From: Agriterribacter sp.
Lineage (GTDB): Bacteria; Bacteroidota; Bacteroidia; Chitinophagales; Chitinophagaceae
Assembly: GCA_047601125.1 (NCBI GenBank)
Contig: JASGJY010000001.1
Coordinates: forward strand, 913,344-977,343
Direction: 5' to 3'
Length of the DNA stretch: 64,000 bases
The notes beneath the pieces are model-generated. The model did no database searches, was not told the DNA's origin, and saw only the letters and a list, made by a program, of their open reading frames with translations. A program made the translations under genes and the position numbers. Below, one piece after another: positions 50,254 to 60,280 of the stretch (position 1 is the stretch's first letter; each line of letters begins with the position of its first letter).

Positions 50254-50559
50254 ATGACTGACGAAGAAAAGGATTTTATGATCTTTTGGGAGGCAAACAG
50301 GGAAAAAGAGAAGAAAACCTGGCGGCAGTTACTCATTGGGCTTCCCCTGGGAATGATCTTTACCTTACCTATTCTGCTGAACCTTTTTTCGGGATGGGAT
50401 AAAAGGGCAACTATGGTTGCCAATGCGCAGCTTAATCCGGTTATATTAATTATTGCTGTATTGCTCATAGCTTCATTTTTTGCAATATTCAACAAAAAGC
50501 ACCGCTGGGATATGAACGAGCAGCGGTATAAAGAGTTAAAAGGCAGTAAAGAAAAATAG
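50254..50559 (+). CDS. hypothetical 2-TM protein
   Basis: 101-aa ORF with two hydrophobic segments. Confidence 0.7.
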   Translation: MTDEEKDFMIFWEANREKEKKTWRQLLIGLPLGMIFTLPILLNLFSGWDKRATMVANAQLNPVILIIAVLLIASFFAIFNKKHRWDMNEQRYKELKGSKEK

Positions 50560-50631
50560 TGCTAAAAACGGGGGATGATGCAACGTTTTATTTTTGTGGT
50601 GTATCATTGCGTATAAAGTTATTTAAAGGTT

Positions 50632-51156
50632 ATGAAAAAATTATTGATGTTTTGTGTTTTAAGTGCGGTTACAATTTCTTTTTATTCTTGTTTGAAGGCA
50701 GACGGTAATGGCTGCCCTTATAAGGAAACTACCATTAAGGCGCCCGATGCTGAGGCACTGAAAGTAAAGGAATATCTTGAAGGTAAAGGAATTACCAATG
50801 CGCTTAAAGATAGTTCCGGGGTGTATTATATTATTGAGCAGGCAGGAACGGGAACTGTTGTGCCCGATGTTTGTTCTACAATAAGTATTAACTATGCCGG
50901 TAAATTAACCACAGACAGTGTATTTGATAAAACCGATGGCACTCCTATTGCATTGAGACTGGGTGGTTTAATACCAGGATGGATAGCAGGATTAAAGCAT
51001 ATAACTACAGGGGGGAAAATCAGGTTGTATATCCCTCCAAGCCTTGCGTATGGAAGTGTTGGCGCTACCAGAACAGATCAGAATGGCAATACGGTTGTAG
51101 TAATTCCGCCTAATGCTATTTTGATTTTTGATGTGGAATTAGTAGCAATGCAATAA
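50632..51156 (+). CDS. FKBP-type PPIase lipoprotein
   Basis: FYSC lipobox; YAGKLT...FD, LIPGW, IPPSLAYG, ILIFDVEL. Confidence 0.9.
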   Translation: MKKLLMFCVLSAVTISFYSCLKADGNGCPYKETTIKAPDAEALKVKEYLEGKGITNALKDSSGVYYIIEQAGTGTVVPDVCSTISINYAGKLTTDSVFDKTDGTPIALRLGGLIPGWIAGLKHITTGGKIRLYIPPSLAYGSVGATRTDQNGNTVVVIPPNAILIFDVELVAMQ

Positions 51157-51237
51157 GATTTTTTATTTTGATTTTTTTGAGAAGCTTTGGCGCATTACCA
51201 TATGTACCAAAGCTTTTATCTTTATATAAAATTTTTT

Positions 51238-52665
51238 GTGCCTCACGAAGCTATATCTGTATTTGATATGTTTAAGATTGGCATAGGGCCTTCCAGCTCG
51301 CATACTTTAGGGCCCTGGCGTGCCGCACAATCGTTTATAAATAAATTAAAAAACAATAACCAGTTAGCTGCTGTTGTAAGACTGACTGTTTTACTATACG
51401 GATCACTTGCAAAAACAGGTAAAGGACATGGTACTGATATAGCCATACAATTAGGGTTATGCGGAGAAGATCCTGAAATCTTTGCAGTGGAAGATATTAA
51501 TGAGCGCATTAATAATATTGCTTTAAGCAAAAAGATAAAGCTTGGCGGCATTAAAAATATCAGCTTTGATCCTTATACCGATATAGTATTTCTAATGCAG
51601 GAATCATTGCCTTACCATCCTAACGCAGTTAGTTTTTTGGTTGAGTTGGGCAACAGCGAAAAAATATCTGAAACCTATTATTCAATTGGCGGCGGCTTTG
51701 TAAAGCAGGAGGGAGAGGAGAAGATGAACAGAAGTGCTGTTACATTACCTTTTCCTGTTAATACAGCATCTGATCTTTTGCATTGGTGTATGAAAACCGG
51801 GCTAAGCATACACGAAGTGGTGCTGGAAAACGAAAACGCCTGGCGACCTGAAAAAGAAACCAGGAATGGAGTGATGCGGATATTTCATACAATGCGGGAT
51901 TGTATTTATAGAGGTTGTCATGAGGGGGGTATTTTACCCGGAGGGTTGTTTGTAAAACGCCGTGCTTCTGCACTCAATAAAAAATTATTGGGCAATAAAA
52001 TATATAATGGTTTTGATAGCTGGAAAAACGGTATACGGGAAGGTGGTAACGGGTTTAAATATACGCTTGACTGGGTAAGCTGTTTTGCGCTTGCGGTAAA
52101 TGAACAGAATGCTTCATTCGGAAGAGTAGTTACCGCTCCAACCAATGGTGCCGCAGGTGTAATACCTGCAGTGCTGATGTATTATATTATTTTTGGCGAT
52201 GGTGATAACGAAGATGCTATCGTAAACTTTTTACTTACCGCTTCCGAAATAGGAAGTATTTTTAAGAAAGGCGCTACTATTTCTGCTGCTATGGGAGGTT
52301 GCCAGGCTGAGATTGGGGTATCATCTGCAATGGCGGCTGGCGCATTAACAGAAGCTATGGCCGGTACGCAAAAACAGTCGCTTATGGCTGCTGAAATAGC
52401 CATGGAGCATCACCTCGGTTTAACATGCGATCCTATTGCCGGTTTGGTTCAGGTGCCCTGTATAGAAAGAAATACAATGGGAGCGATAAAAGCCATTACA
52501 GCTTCCCAGCTTGCTTTACAAAGCACACCGGATTTTGCTAAAGTATCTCTTGATGCTGTAATAAAAACAATGTGGGATACCGCGGTTGATATGAATCATA
52601 AATACAAGGAAACAGCCGAAGGCGGGCTTGCTATTAATATTCCTTTGGGATTAAGTGAGTGTTAG
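51238..52665 (+). CDS. sdaA: L-serine ammonia-lyase, Fe-S type (start reassigned to GTG 51238)
   Basis: [50 protein letters not shown]. Confidence 0.95.
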   Translation: MPHEAISVFDMFKIGIGPSSSHTLGPWRAAQSFINKLKNNNQLAAVVRLTVLLYGSLAKTGKGHGTDIAIQLGLCGEDPEIFAVEDINERINNIALSKKIKLGGIKNISFDPYTDIVFLMQESLPYHPNAVSFLVELGNSEKISETYYSIGGGFVKQEGEEKMNRSAVTLPFPVNTASDLLHWCMKTGLSIHEVVLENENAWRPEKETRNGVMRIFHTMRDCIYRGCHEGGILPGGLFVKRRASALNKKLLGNKIYNGFDSWKNGIREGGNGFKYTLDWVSCFALAVNEQNASFGRVVTAPTNGAAGVIPAVLMYYIIFGDGDNEDAIVNFLLTASEIGSIFKKGATISAAMGGCQAEIGVSSAMAAGALTEAMAGTQKQSLMAAEIAMEHHLGLTCDPIAGLVQVPCIERNTMGAIKAITASQLALQSTPDFAKVSLDAVIKTMWDTAVDMNHKYKETAEGGLAINIPLGLSEC

Positions 52666-52826
52666 GGGAGCGGTCAGGTGTCAGCCTATCAGGTGTAAGG
52701 TATATGGTGTAAGGTATATGGTGTAAGATATTGCTGATAGCTGAAATCGTAAAAATGTGTGCCTGCAATCTGCAACCTGTAACCTGTAACCTGAAACCTG
52801 CAACCACAAACCACAAACCCTTCTCC
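52666..52826. repeat. heptamer arrays between convergent genes
   Basis: ggtgtaa ggtatat ggtgtaa ggtatat ggtgtaa; aacctgt aacctgt aacctga aacctgc aaccaca aaccaca. Confidence 0.85.
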
Positions 52827-53927
52827 CTACTTCCCCTCAATTCTCCCGTATTTTTTATGATAAGCGATAATATCTCCGATTACTTCGCTGTAAGAAAGCA
52901 TGCCGGATGGTTGTCTGTTTGACTGTAGATACTTACCGTATGCCCAGGTTATATAAGGCTCAACAGGATTCTGAAAACTGCGGTAGAAATCCTTCATGGT
53001 TTTAATATCTTTTTTTACCTCCGGGCTAAGCTGTTCCGAAAATTGCTTAGCGGAAGTAGAATCTGTTCTCCACAAATTTCTGTTGGCATAAAGGAAAATA
53101 TCCAAATATGCAGAATACATAAATAGTGAATCGTCTGACGAGGTTGCCACTATATATCCCACAAAATTGGCTTCGTTTTCTTTAGCGTACCCCAACTGGT
53201 GCGCCACTTCGTGACAACAAACATACGGTTGCAGAAAAGCTGGAATGGTAGTGTTTACCTGTGCTTCGCCGGTAAATGGATTGTAGTAACCGGAAAAACC
53301 AAGATAGTTGCCAATAGTTCCAAAAAAAGATGATTTGACTGATTTGTATTTATATTGCAGAAAAGGATATTGTACAGATGCCTGCTGATATATGCCGTAT
53401 GTTTTTTTGAAAACATCAGCGGGTGTTGAGTACGAGATGTTTTGATTTACTGATCCTGTTTTGCAGGCGTTAACCTTATCAATCAACATCATGTTAATTT
53501 CTTCAAGCGCTTCCTTTGAATATTTCTGTTCTTCAAGTTTTAACTGTGATCTTATGCCACTGCGGTCGTAATTCAACCCCCATAGTATATTGAAAATAAT
53601 ATAGAGCATCAATATTTTTCCAAGCATTCCAAACAGGTATGCTCTTTTAAAAATTGCCCCTACACTTTTGTTCCTGATATATTTTGTGAGTGTTATACAT
53701 TTCCGGATGCAATATAAAATAGCAGAAATATATAGTACATCGCCTGCGCTAAATGGTATCCAGCCAAAAATAAATCTGAAAAAGATGCTGATATTACTAT
53801 ATAAAGCTATTGAATAATATTTTTCTATGAGCTGATCATTTGCCGCGAACAGCCTTATGCATAACGCAATACAAAATAATATTATAACGGATCTTCTATT
53901 ATTATTTCCAGGAAATTGTTGTTTCAT
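52827..53927 (-). CDS. DUF3810 family protein (zincin-like HExxH)
   Basis: GYYNPFTGEAQVN, CHEVAHQLGYAKENEANF. Confidence 0.88.
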   Translation of the reverse strand: MKQQFPGNNNRRSVIILFCIALCIRLFAANDQLIEKYYSIALYSNISIFFRFIFGWIPFSAGDVLYISAILYCIRKCITLTKYIRNKSVGAIFKRAYLFGMLGKILMLYIIFNILWGLNYDRSGIRSQLKLEEQKYSKEALEEINMMLIDKVNACKTGSVNQNISYSTPADVFKKTYGIYQQASVQYPFLQYKYKSVKSSFFGTIGNYLGFSGYYNPFTGEAQVNTTIPAFLQPYVCCHEVAHQLGYAKENEANFVGYIVATSSDDSLFMYSAYLDIFLYANRNLWRTDSTSAKQFSEQLSPEVKKDIKTMKDFYRSFQNPVEPYITWAYGKYLQSNRQPSGMLSYSEVIGDIIAYHKKYGRIEGK

Positions 53928-54250
53928 CCGGCGGTGATTTAATTGAGCTTCTTACCGCAATAAAAGTAGCCCATAATTACATTCGTCCTGTCATCTGCAA
54001 AATATCCGGTAATTTATTCCGTATGGGGTAACAAAATCATTTGATGTTTGTTAATATGCCGGTTACCATTTTTTTAATTGATTAAATGTGAGCTGAATAA
54101 GTGTACAGAGATGTGGAAACTATCATATAGAAGTTTTCTGATTAAGTAATTTCTGCAATTAGCATCAGGAGTATTATTCCTATGTATGCAAGATTACAGC
54201 AATAAGAAGGAGGATTTTCCGCTTTAGTTTAAAATCTAATATTTGTAAAT

Positions 54251-54952
54251 ATGTCTTTTGCCTTATACCAGTTTGCATCTCTTTTTGCGGCTGTTTCTTT
54301 TTTTATACCAATATTACTTCTTTGGTTAAGAGGGCTTATGCGGCATAAAATATTGGTTTGGTTTGGGCTGTACTGGTGTTGGGCCGGGCTGGTTAATATT
54401 GTTTGTTCTGCAGAAGTAATCAAACAGTCAATAGCTTTAAACATTATTGAGCGTTTATATAATCTTGCGGATATTCCTTTTATGCTTTTCATCTTATATT
54501 CCACAACTCAAATAGATGGGATAAAGAAAAGCTTGAGAAAAATTTTAATTCCATTATTATGTGTTGAAATAGGCGCTTCAATTGTTTCGGGATTTATGAA
54601 CGGGGTTGAAACTGTAATTGTGTTTGGAGGTGTGCTGCTTGTGTTGTATTATGTTGTATGGACAATAATCAGTTACTCCAGGAAAAATTCATTAAGTGAA
54701 TCGCATACCTCTTACCAGTATGTTTATTACGCTTTGCTATTTGAATATGCTACCTCCATTATTACAGTTATTTACAGCTATATGATGCCTGAAAGGGCTA
54801 GCGCAGATGACAGCTTTATGATTTTTCATATTTCCACAATTGTTGCAATTGCAACAGCTTCTGCCGGTATACTAACGTACCAGGAACAAAAGCCTCAGCA
54901 AAAAGTAAAGAAACGCAGCATTCAGCCGGAAGCGGAAATAAGATATTTATAA
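54251..54952 (+). CDS. hypothetical polytopic membrane protein
   Basis: About 7 hydrophobic segments; no family recognised. Confidence 0.75.
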   Translation: MSFALYQFASLFAAVSFFIPILLLWLRGLMRHKILVWFGLYWCWAGLVNIVCSAEVIKQSIALNIIERLYNLADIPFMLFILYSTTQIDGIKKSLRKILIPLLCVEIGASIVSGFMNGVETVIVFGGVLLVLYYVVWTIISYSRKNSLSESHTSYQYVYYALLFEYATSIITVIYSYMMPERASADDSFMIFHISTIVAIATASAGILTYQEQKPQQKVKKRSIQPEAEIRYL

Positions 54953-55017
54953 AATGCTGTGCTTAATAAACAGGGAAATTACAATTTGCAACCACGGTCA
55001 ATATATTCTTCAGAAAG

Positions 55018-55317
55018 TTATGAACTATAATGACGAATTATTTTTTCTATTTCATCAACAGGCATAACTCCTGATTGACGCCATAATATTTTACCCTGTT
55101 TAAATAGAATGAGTGTAGGTACTCCCTGGACCTGGTAAGTATTTGCTGCTGCTGGATTTTTATCAACATCTATTTTTATGATCGTGGCAGTGTCACCAAT
55201 GGCGGCTTTTACTTTTTCAAGCATCGGCGCCATTACCTTACAAGGCCCGCACCATGTAGCAAAAAAATCTACCAATACGGGTTTGTCTCCATTTATTAAT
55301 TCACTAAAACTTGCCAT
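55018..55317 (-). CDS. trxA: thioredoxin (start reassigned to 55317)
   Basis: [18 protein letters not shown]. Confidence 0.95.
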   Translation of the reverse strand: MASFSELINGDKPVLVDFFATWCGPCKVMAPMLEKVKAAIGDTATIIKIDVDKNPAAANTYQVQGVPTLILFKQGKILWRQSGVMPVDEIEKIIRHYSS

Positions 55318-55417
55318 AATATTGCTGTTAAGCGTCAGCACAAATTTAAAGCTTAAAAAATTAAAAATGTGTGCGGTTGGTTACAAATGATCCTGTTTAT
55401 CTTTGCCCAAAATACAA

Positions 55418-55738
55418 ATGAACGTAGAACAAATCCGCGCATATTGTCTTTCAAGAAAAGATGCCGAAGAGTATCAGCCATTCGGTCCGGATACCGTTGT
55501 TTTTAAAATCCGTGGGAAAATGTTTCTGTTACTTTCACTTGATGCTGATCCAACTCAATTCAATGTAAAATGTAATCCCCAAAAAGCAGAAGAATTAAGA
55601 GAAGAATATAACTGCGTATTACCGGGCTATCATATGAATAAAAAGCACTGGAATACCATTGTAATAGATGGTTCTGTTTCAACAAAATTGCTAAAAGAAT
55701 GGATAGACCATTCGTATGAGTTGGTGAGCGGAAAGTAG
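55418..55738 (+). CDS. MmcQ/YjbR family protein (start reassigned to ATG 55418)
   Basis: PFGPDTVVFKIRGKMF, KCNP, PGYHMNKKHWNT; TATCTTTG -7 element at 55398-55405. Confidence 0.93.
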   Translation: MNVEQIRAYCLSRKDAEEYQPFGPDTVVFKIRGKMFLLLSLDADPTQFNVKCNPQKAEELREEYNCVLPGYHMNKKHWNTIVIDGSVSTKLLKEWIDHSYELVSGK

Positions 55739-55785
55739 TATTATTATCAAATTCCGCTAAACGGTGTATTTCAAATTTTTGCGCC

Positions 55786-55870
55786 GGAAGTGGGTTATAT
55801 CGTACACGTCGCACGCCTTGTTTAGAGGATACACCAACCAGCGAAAATCTTGGAACGTACCCCCGCTAAG
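55786..55870 (+). ncRNA. candidate structured RNA (rod with internal bubble), family not established
   Basis: agtggg/cccgct, gtac/gtac and ccaa/ttgg nested pairings; AATTTTTG -7-like element just upstream; GC-richer than flanks. Confidence 0.3.
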
Positions 55871-55927
55871 TTTAAATATTCATGCAATTTTTAAAAATGC
55901 TTAGTTTTAAAAGAAAATTTTCATTTT

Positions 55928-56704
55928 ATGTTTCAAAGAGTAGTGCTATTAGCTGCCTTATTTTGCTTAACGATCGGCTTTCTTAATGCTCAGCAAAAAC
56001 AGGAGTTTTATGAAATAAAAGTATATCATTTTAATACTAAAGACCAGGAAAATATACTTGACACGTATTATGAAAAAGCATTTATACCTGCAGCTCATAA
56101 AGCGGGTATTAAAAGCGTAGGTGTATTTAAACCTTTAAGTAACGATACGGCAGCGGATAAACGCTTGTATGTAATTCTTCCATTTAAGTCAACAGACCAG
56201 ATGATTAACCTTACCCAGCAAATGGAAAAGGGGCCGGAATATGTTAAAGCCGGCAGCGATTATATTAATGCGCCTTATACAGCACCACCATATACAAGGT
56301 ATGAATCAATCTTACTGAAGGCTTTTACAAAAGCACCTGTAATGCAGTTGCCTAAGCTTAATTCTCCCAAAGCCGAACATGTATATGAGTTAAGGAGCTA
56401 CGAAGGACATACTGAAAAAATATACCGCAACAAGGTACACATGTTTAACGAAGGTGCTGAAGTGCCCCTGTTTAAAAGACTGAACTTTAATGGGGTGTTT
56501 TATGCAGAAGTGATTGCAGGAAGCCGTATGCCAAACCTGATGTATATGACAAGCTTTGAAAGCATGAAAGACAGGGATACGCATTGGGATACTTTCCGCA
56601 ATGACGCCGAATGGAAAGCATTATCCGCAAGACCGGAATACCAGAAAAATGTTTCCAAATCGGATATCATATTGATGACAGCAACACCTTATTCGGACTA
56701 TTAG
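55928..56704 (+). CDS. NIPSNAP family secreted protein
   Basis: Signal peptide; YELRSYE, NLMYMTSF, DAEWK. Confidence 0.85.
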   Translation: MFQRVVLLAALFCLTIGFLNAQQKQEFYEIKVYHFNTKDQENILDTYYEKAFIPAAHKAGIKSVGVFKPLSNDTAADKRLYVILPFKSTDQMINLTQQMEKGPEYVKAGSDYINAPYTAPPYTRYESILLKAFTKAPVMQLPKLNSPKAEHVYELRSYEGHTEKIYRNKVHMFNEGAEVPLFKRLNFNGVFYAEVIAGSRMPNLMYMTSFESMKDRDTHWDTFRNDAEWKALSARPEYQKNVSKSDIILMTATPYSDY

Positions 56705-56795
56705 ATAAAGATGGAAGGCAGAAGTAGGGCATAAGTCCGTTCATCGTCCGCCTTCCTCCATATGCTTTTCACCTCTCACCATATATATGTTAACT

Positions 56796-57017
56796 ATGAG
56801 CCAGGCATTTGTAAAAGAAGGAGAAGAAGAATGGCTGCACGATATCCAGCCTACATTAACCGCTCTTATAAGTTATTTAACAAGAGAGAATAATGGTATT
56901 CGTGTGTATGAAAAAAGCAGCTATTTCAGCAGTAAGTATAACCGCGAGTTGCATGTAATGAGTAATGGTTTCAGTTATGCAAAAGACGATAATGGTAAAT
57001 GGTATATTGCTGCATAG
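56796..57017 (+). CDS. small hypothetical protein
   Basis: MSQAFVKEGEEEWLHDIQPTL..., 73 aa from ATG 56796. Confidence 0.7.
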   Translation: MSQAFVKEGEEEWLHDIQPTLTALISYLTRENNGIRVYEKSSYFSSKYNRELHVMSNGFSYAKDDNGKWYIAA

Positions 57018-57027
57018 TTTAACCTTG

Positions 57028-58347
57028 CTATTTTACTTCTTTTCCATTTTTCCATACCATTTCAATATCCCGCGTATTAAGAATATTTTTTTCAGGATTG
57101 CCGGATAATACAATAAAGTCAGCTTTCCTGCCGGTTTCAATGGTGCCATAGTCCTTATCACAACTCAAAAATTTAGCGGCATTTTTAGTTGAAATAGTGA
57201 TTGTCTGCAATGGCGTAAGCCCGGCGCTTACCATAAGTTCCAGTTCAAGATGTTCTGCAAAGCCCTCGGCTCTGGCAGGAGTTGCTCCGGAGTCTGTGCC
57301 CATTACCACCATTATACCGGCATCATATATTTTTTTAAGATTTTTAATGGCTATTTCAAGTCCCCGTTTATTTCTCAGATATCCTGCTGATTGCTTTATA
57401 TTGTTGGTATATTGCGGCGAAGTAAGCATTTCATATACGGCAGGCTCAAGCGCGTTTTTAAAGAAGTCATCATGTAACCATACAGGATTTTCCGCGTAAA
57501 TAAATTCAAATACTTCCCTCGTAAGTGTTGGAATGTAAATAATATTTTTCTCCTTCATTTTTTTCAGCAAAGCATCATCCACCTCTTTATCTCTTATGCT
57601 ATGCGCTAAAACGTCCACGCCTGCATCAATCAGCTTATGCGCGTCTTCAAGATAATATACATGAGAAGCCACACGCAGTTTATGTTTGTGCGCTTCTTCT
57701 ATGATTGCCCTGTAAATATCTTCAGGCATTTTTTTGTTTGATCCGCCAAAATCATCTACCCAGATTTTTACAAACGAAGGCTTAAGCCTGGCGAGTGTAG
57801 TAATTTGTTTTGCAATTTCAGGATCGGAGCCGGAAGTAAATATGTGATTTATGCCAAATGCAGCGGCAGGCGGATTGCCAGGCATGCCAAATCCAAAACC
57901 AGCTGAATACATTCTTGCGCCAGGTAGTAAGCCTGCAACAGAGGAATCTCTGAACCCGTTAAAAATAAGTGGCCGGTCGGTGCCCATGCATAATAAAGCG
58001 CCAACACCATATTGCTCATAGCGTTTTAAATGATGCAGTAAATTATCTCTTGTGTAATTAGCAGCATTGCTTTGTGTGCCGGTAATATTACCCGTGTGAC
58101 TGTGCCCGCTGATTAAAACCGGCATAATTGTTTTTCCCGTCATATCTTTTACAACAGTACCCTCAGCTTCTAACCTGCTTCCTATTCCGGCAAAGCTGTC
58201 TCCTTTTATCAATATATCTACATCTGCAACCGGTTTGCCACCATTACCGTCAATAACAGTTACATGCTTAAGCAAAATGGGCTTTTGTTGCACATAATCA
58301 ACAAAAAAGAGGAAATAAAACAAAGTGGTTGCAAAAAAAACTTTCAT
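57028..58347 (-). CDS. secreted amidohydrolase family protein
   Basis: ISGHSH (HxH), ASHV, AHS, MGTDSG, GRKADFIVL. Confidence 0.88.
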   Translation of the reverse strand: MKVFFATTLFYFLFFVDYVQQKPILLKHVTVIDGNGGKPVADVDILIKGDSFAGIGSRLEAEGTVVKDMTGKTIMPVLISGHSHTGNITGTQSNAANYTRDNLLHHLKRYEQYGVGALLCMGTDRPLIFNGFRDSSVAGLLPGARMYSAGFGFGMPGNPPAAAFGINHIFTSGSDPEIAKQITTLARLKPSFVKIWVDDFGGSNKKMPEDIYRAIIEEAHKHKLRVASHVYYLEDAHKLIDAGVDVLAHSIRDKEVDDALLKKMKEKNIIYIPTLTREVFEFIYAENPVWLHDDFFKNALEPAVYEMLTSPQYTNNIKQSAGYLRNKRGLEIAIKNLKKIYDAGIMVVMGTDSGATPARAEGFAEHLELELMVSAGLTPLQTITISTKNAAKFLSCDKDYGTIETGRKADFIVLSGNPEKNILNTRDIEMVWKNGKEVK

Positions 58348-59207
58348 TTTTATTGATTTTTCTTAAATAAAAAATTTCAAACAGCAACGGGAGAAACAAT
58401 ATATCTACCTTAAAAGTAAGTACATTCATCGAAAAAAATTGTCAACCTACGAGTATGTATATATTTTCGATATAAGTTTTTATGTACGCTATAACCTATG
58501 AGCTATATCTTATACAGAAATAATATTGACCCGGCAGCGCACTCTTTTCAATACGTAAAAAACATACATAATGGAAAGATTTATTTTACCTCTCACGCGC
58601 CAGACGCCAAAAATTTTGCATTTGTGAAGGCTGTTTTTCTTTCGCTCAAATTTAATCTGTCATGGATTTCGCGCAGGTACATACGGTGATCAATCGTGAA
58701 AAATTAAACCTGCCCGGCGACGGCTATTTTGACACATGAGTTTATAATTACTATTGTGTGCAAGTGTGACCCAATATTTGAAGTTCAGTTAAGGTCTTCA
58801 CCATCTTATCCTTTTCCTTGCAAAGTTATCCGCAGAGCGGCTAATATTAATCTGGTATATTTATATTTTAATATTACGGTGTGCTGCACCTGGAAACACC
58901 TCATTCACTACAGTGCTACAAATATTACCGCTGCGCTTCAGCTATTTAAACATCTCGTATGCAGCACAGCTTCAATAATATAAAGATATGTTACAGGGAG
59001 CCTTGCAAAGGCGAGGGATAGTGCTGCAGAATAATTCCAAACTGTATCTGCTGCCACATCAGCTACAAAAAAAATCAAACAAAGCGTTTAATATTCATCA
59101 AAACTTTTAGATTTTTATCCTTCCCCGCACTATATTTATCAACCTGATTTGGATTGGGCTTCCCTGGGCACTATGTAGAGAGAATCCGGGGGTGAGGGAC
59201 AAACAAA

Positions 59208-60203
59208 TCAATGCACCTTATCTCTTCTCTCTTTTAATTCCCTCCACGTAGTTAATACAATGCCTTCTTTTTGCAGGGCTTTTTTAAATTCGGGGTCCGC
59301 CATAGCGAGTAAATCTCCTTTACGCGTGGGGCCTGAGTCGGAGATGTGAGAAAAAACTTCAGTAATATGAGTACAATGCATGATGATCATTGTAACGCCC
59401 GGCTTGAGAGACTTTATTATGTCAATATATTTTTTTGTTTTCATTTTCCGGAGATTATCATCAGATGCTTCAACCCCTTCAGGTAATTTCCAGCTATAGC
59501 TATCAGCATATAGATCATCAAGCACAGGCAAACCTGCATTCCATAATATTGTGCCTGCTTCCCTTGCTTTAGCCAATAGCTGAGGTGTGCTTTTCATTTC
59601 TTCTGTAATCAGCGTGTTATGTCCGCCGGGAAACATCACCGGTATTTTATAATCAATGCCTACTTTAATATACCGTTCTGCAAATGCCGGCGTTGCAAAC
59701 AAAGTGCCCATGTGAGAATCAAGATGGGTAGGTTCAAAGCCCATTGTTTTTGCACGTTCTACCTGTGCTCTTATTTCAGCTTCAACTTCATCCGGTGTTG
59801 CATGTTGTACCACATCACCTACACTGCGCCACATTGCGCCTTCGGCATCTGCCAACCCGGGAGAAGCGGGTTTACCTGTAAGCGGTCCCCAGCGGTAATC
59901 TTTCCATTCAGAAGTAAGTGTAAGGTGTAGTCCTGCATCTATGCCGGGATGCTCTTTCATATAATGCACAAAACCCGGTACCCAGGGGCAGGGCATCATT
60001 ACACTGCATGAATTGGCTACGCCTTTTGTCATAGCTTCTATGCCGCCTGCATTTGATTCGTAAGACATGCCCATATCATCCACATGCAGAATGACAACCT
60101 TTGCACCCTTGGGATAACCTAATTTTTCTGCATACGTTGTTTGCGCATTAAGCTGCTGAAAACAACATGCAAATAATAACAGAAAAAAAATATTGTACTT
60201 CAT
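59208..60203 (-). CDS. ChbG/YdjC-like carbohydrate deacetylase, secreted
   Basis: ILHVDDMG, GLHLTLTSEW, THLDSHMG. Confidence 0.85.
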   Translation of the reverse strand: MKYNIFFLLLFACCFQQLNAQTTYAEKLGYPKGAKVVILHVDDMGMSYESNAGGIEAMTKGVANSCSVMMPCPWVPGFVHYMKEHPGIDAGLHLTLTSEWKDYRWGPLTGKPASPGLADAEGAMWRSVGDVVQHATPDEVEAEIRAQVERAKTMGFEPTHLDSHMGTLFATPAFAERYIKVGIDYKIPVMFPGGHNTLITEEMKSTPQLLAKAREAGTILWNAGLPVLDDLYADSYSWKLPEGVEASDDNLRKMKTKKYIDIIKSLKPGVTMIIMHCTHITEVFSHISDSGPTRKGDLLAMADPEFKKALQKEGIVLTTWRELKERRDKVH

Positions 60204-60280
60204 GGTATATAAGGTTTAGGGTGAATGGTGTAAGGTATAGGGCAACTTTAGGTCCTACACCTTTAACCTTTCATCTTCTT
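60204..60280. repeat. inverted heptamer pair
   Basis: ggtttag ggtgaat ggtgtaa ggtatag ... cctacacctttaaccttt. Confidence 0.7.

Noticed and set aside
59119-59200. ccttcccc...gggggtgaggg, resembling REP-like elements
   Set aside because: Single degenerate copy in the window; cannot be supported as a repeat
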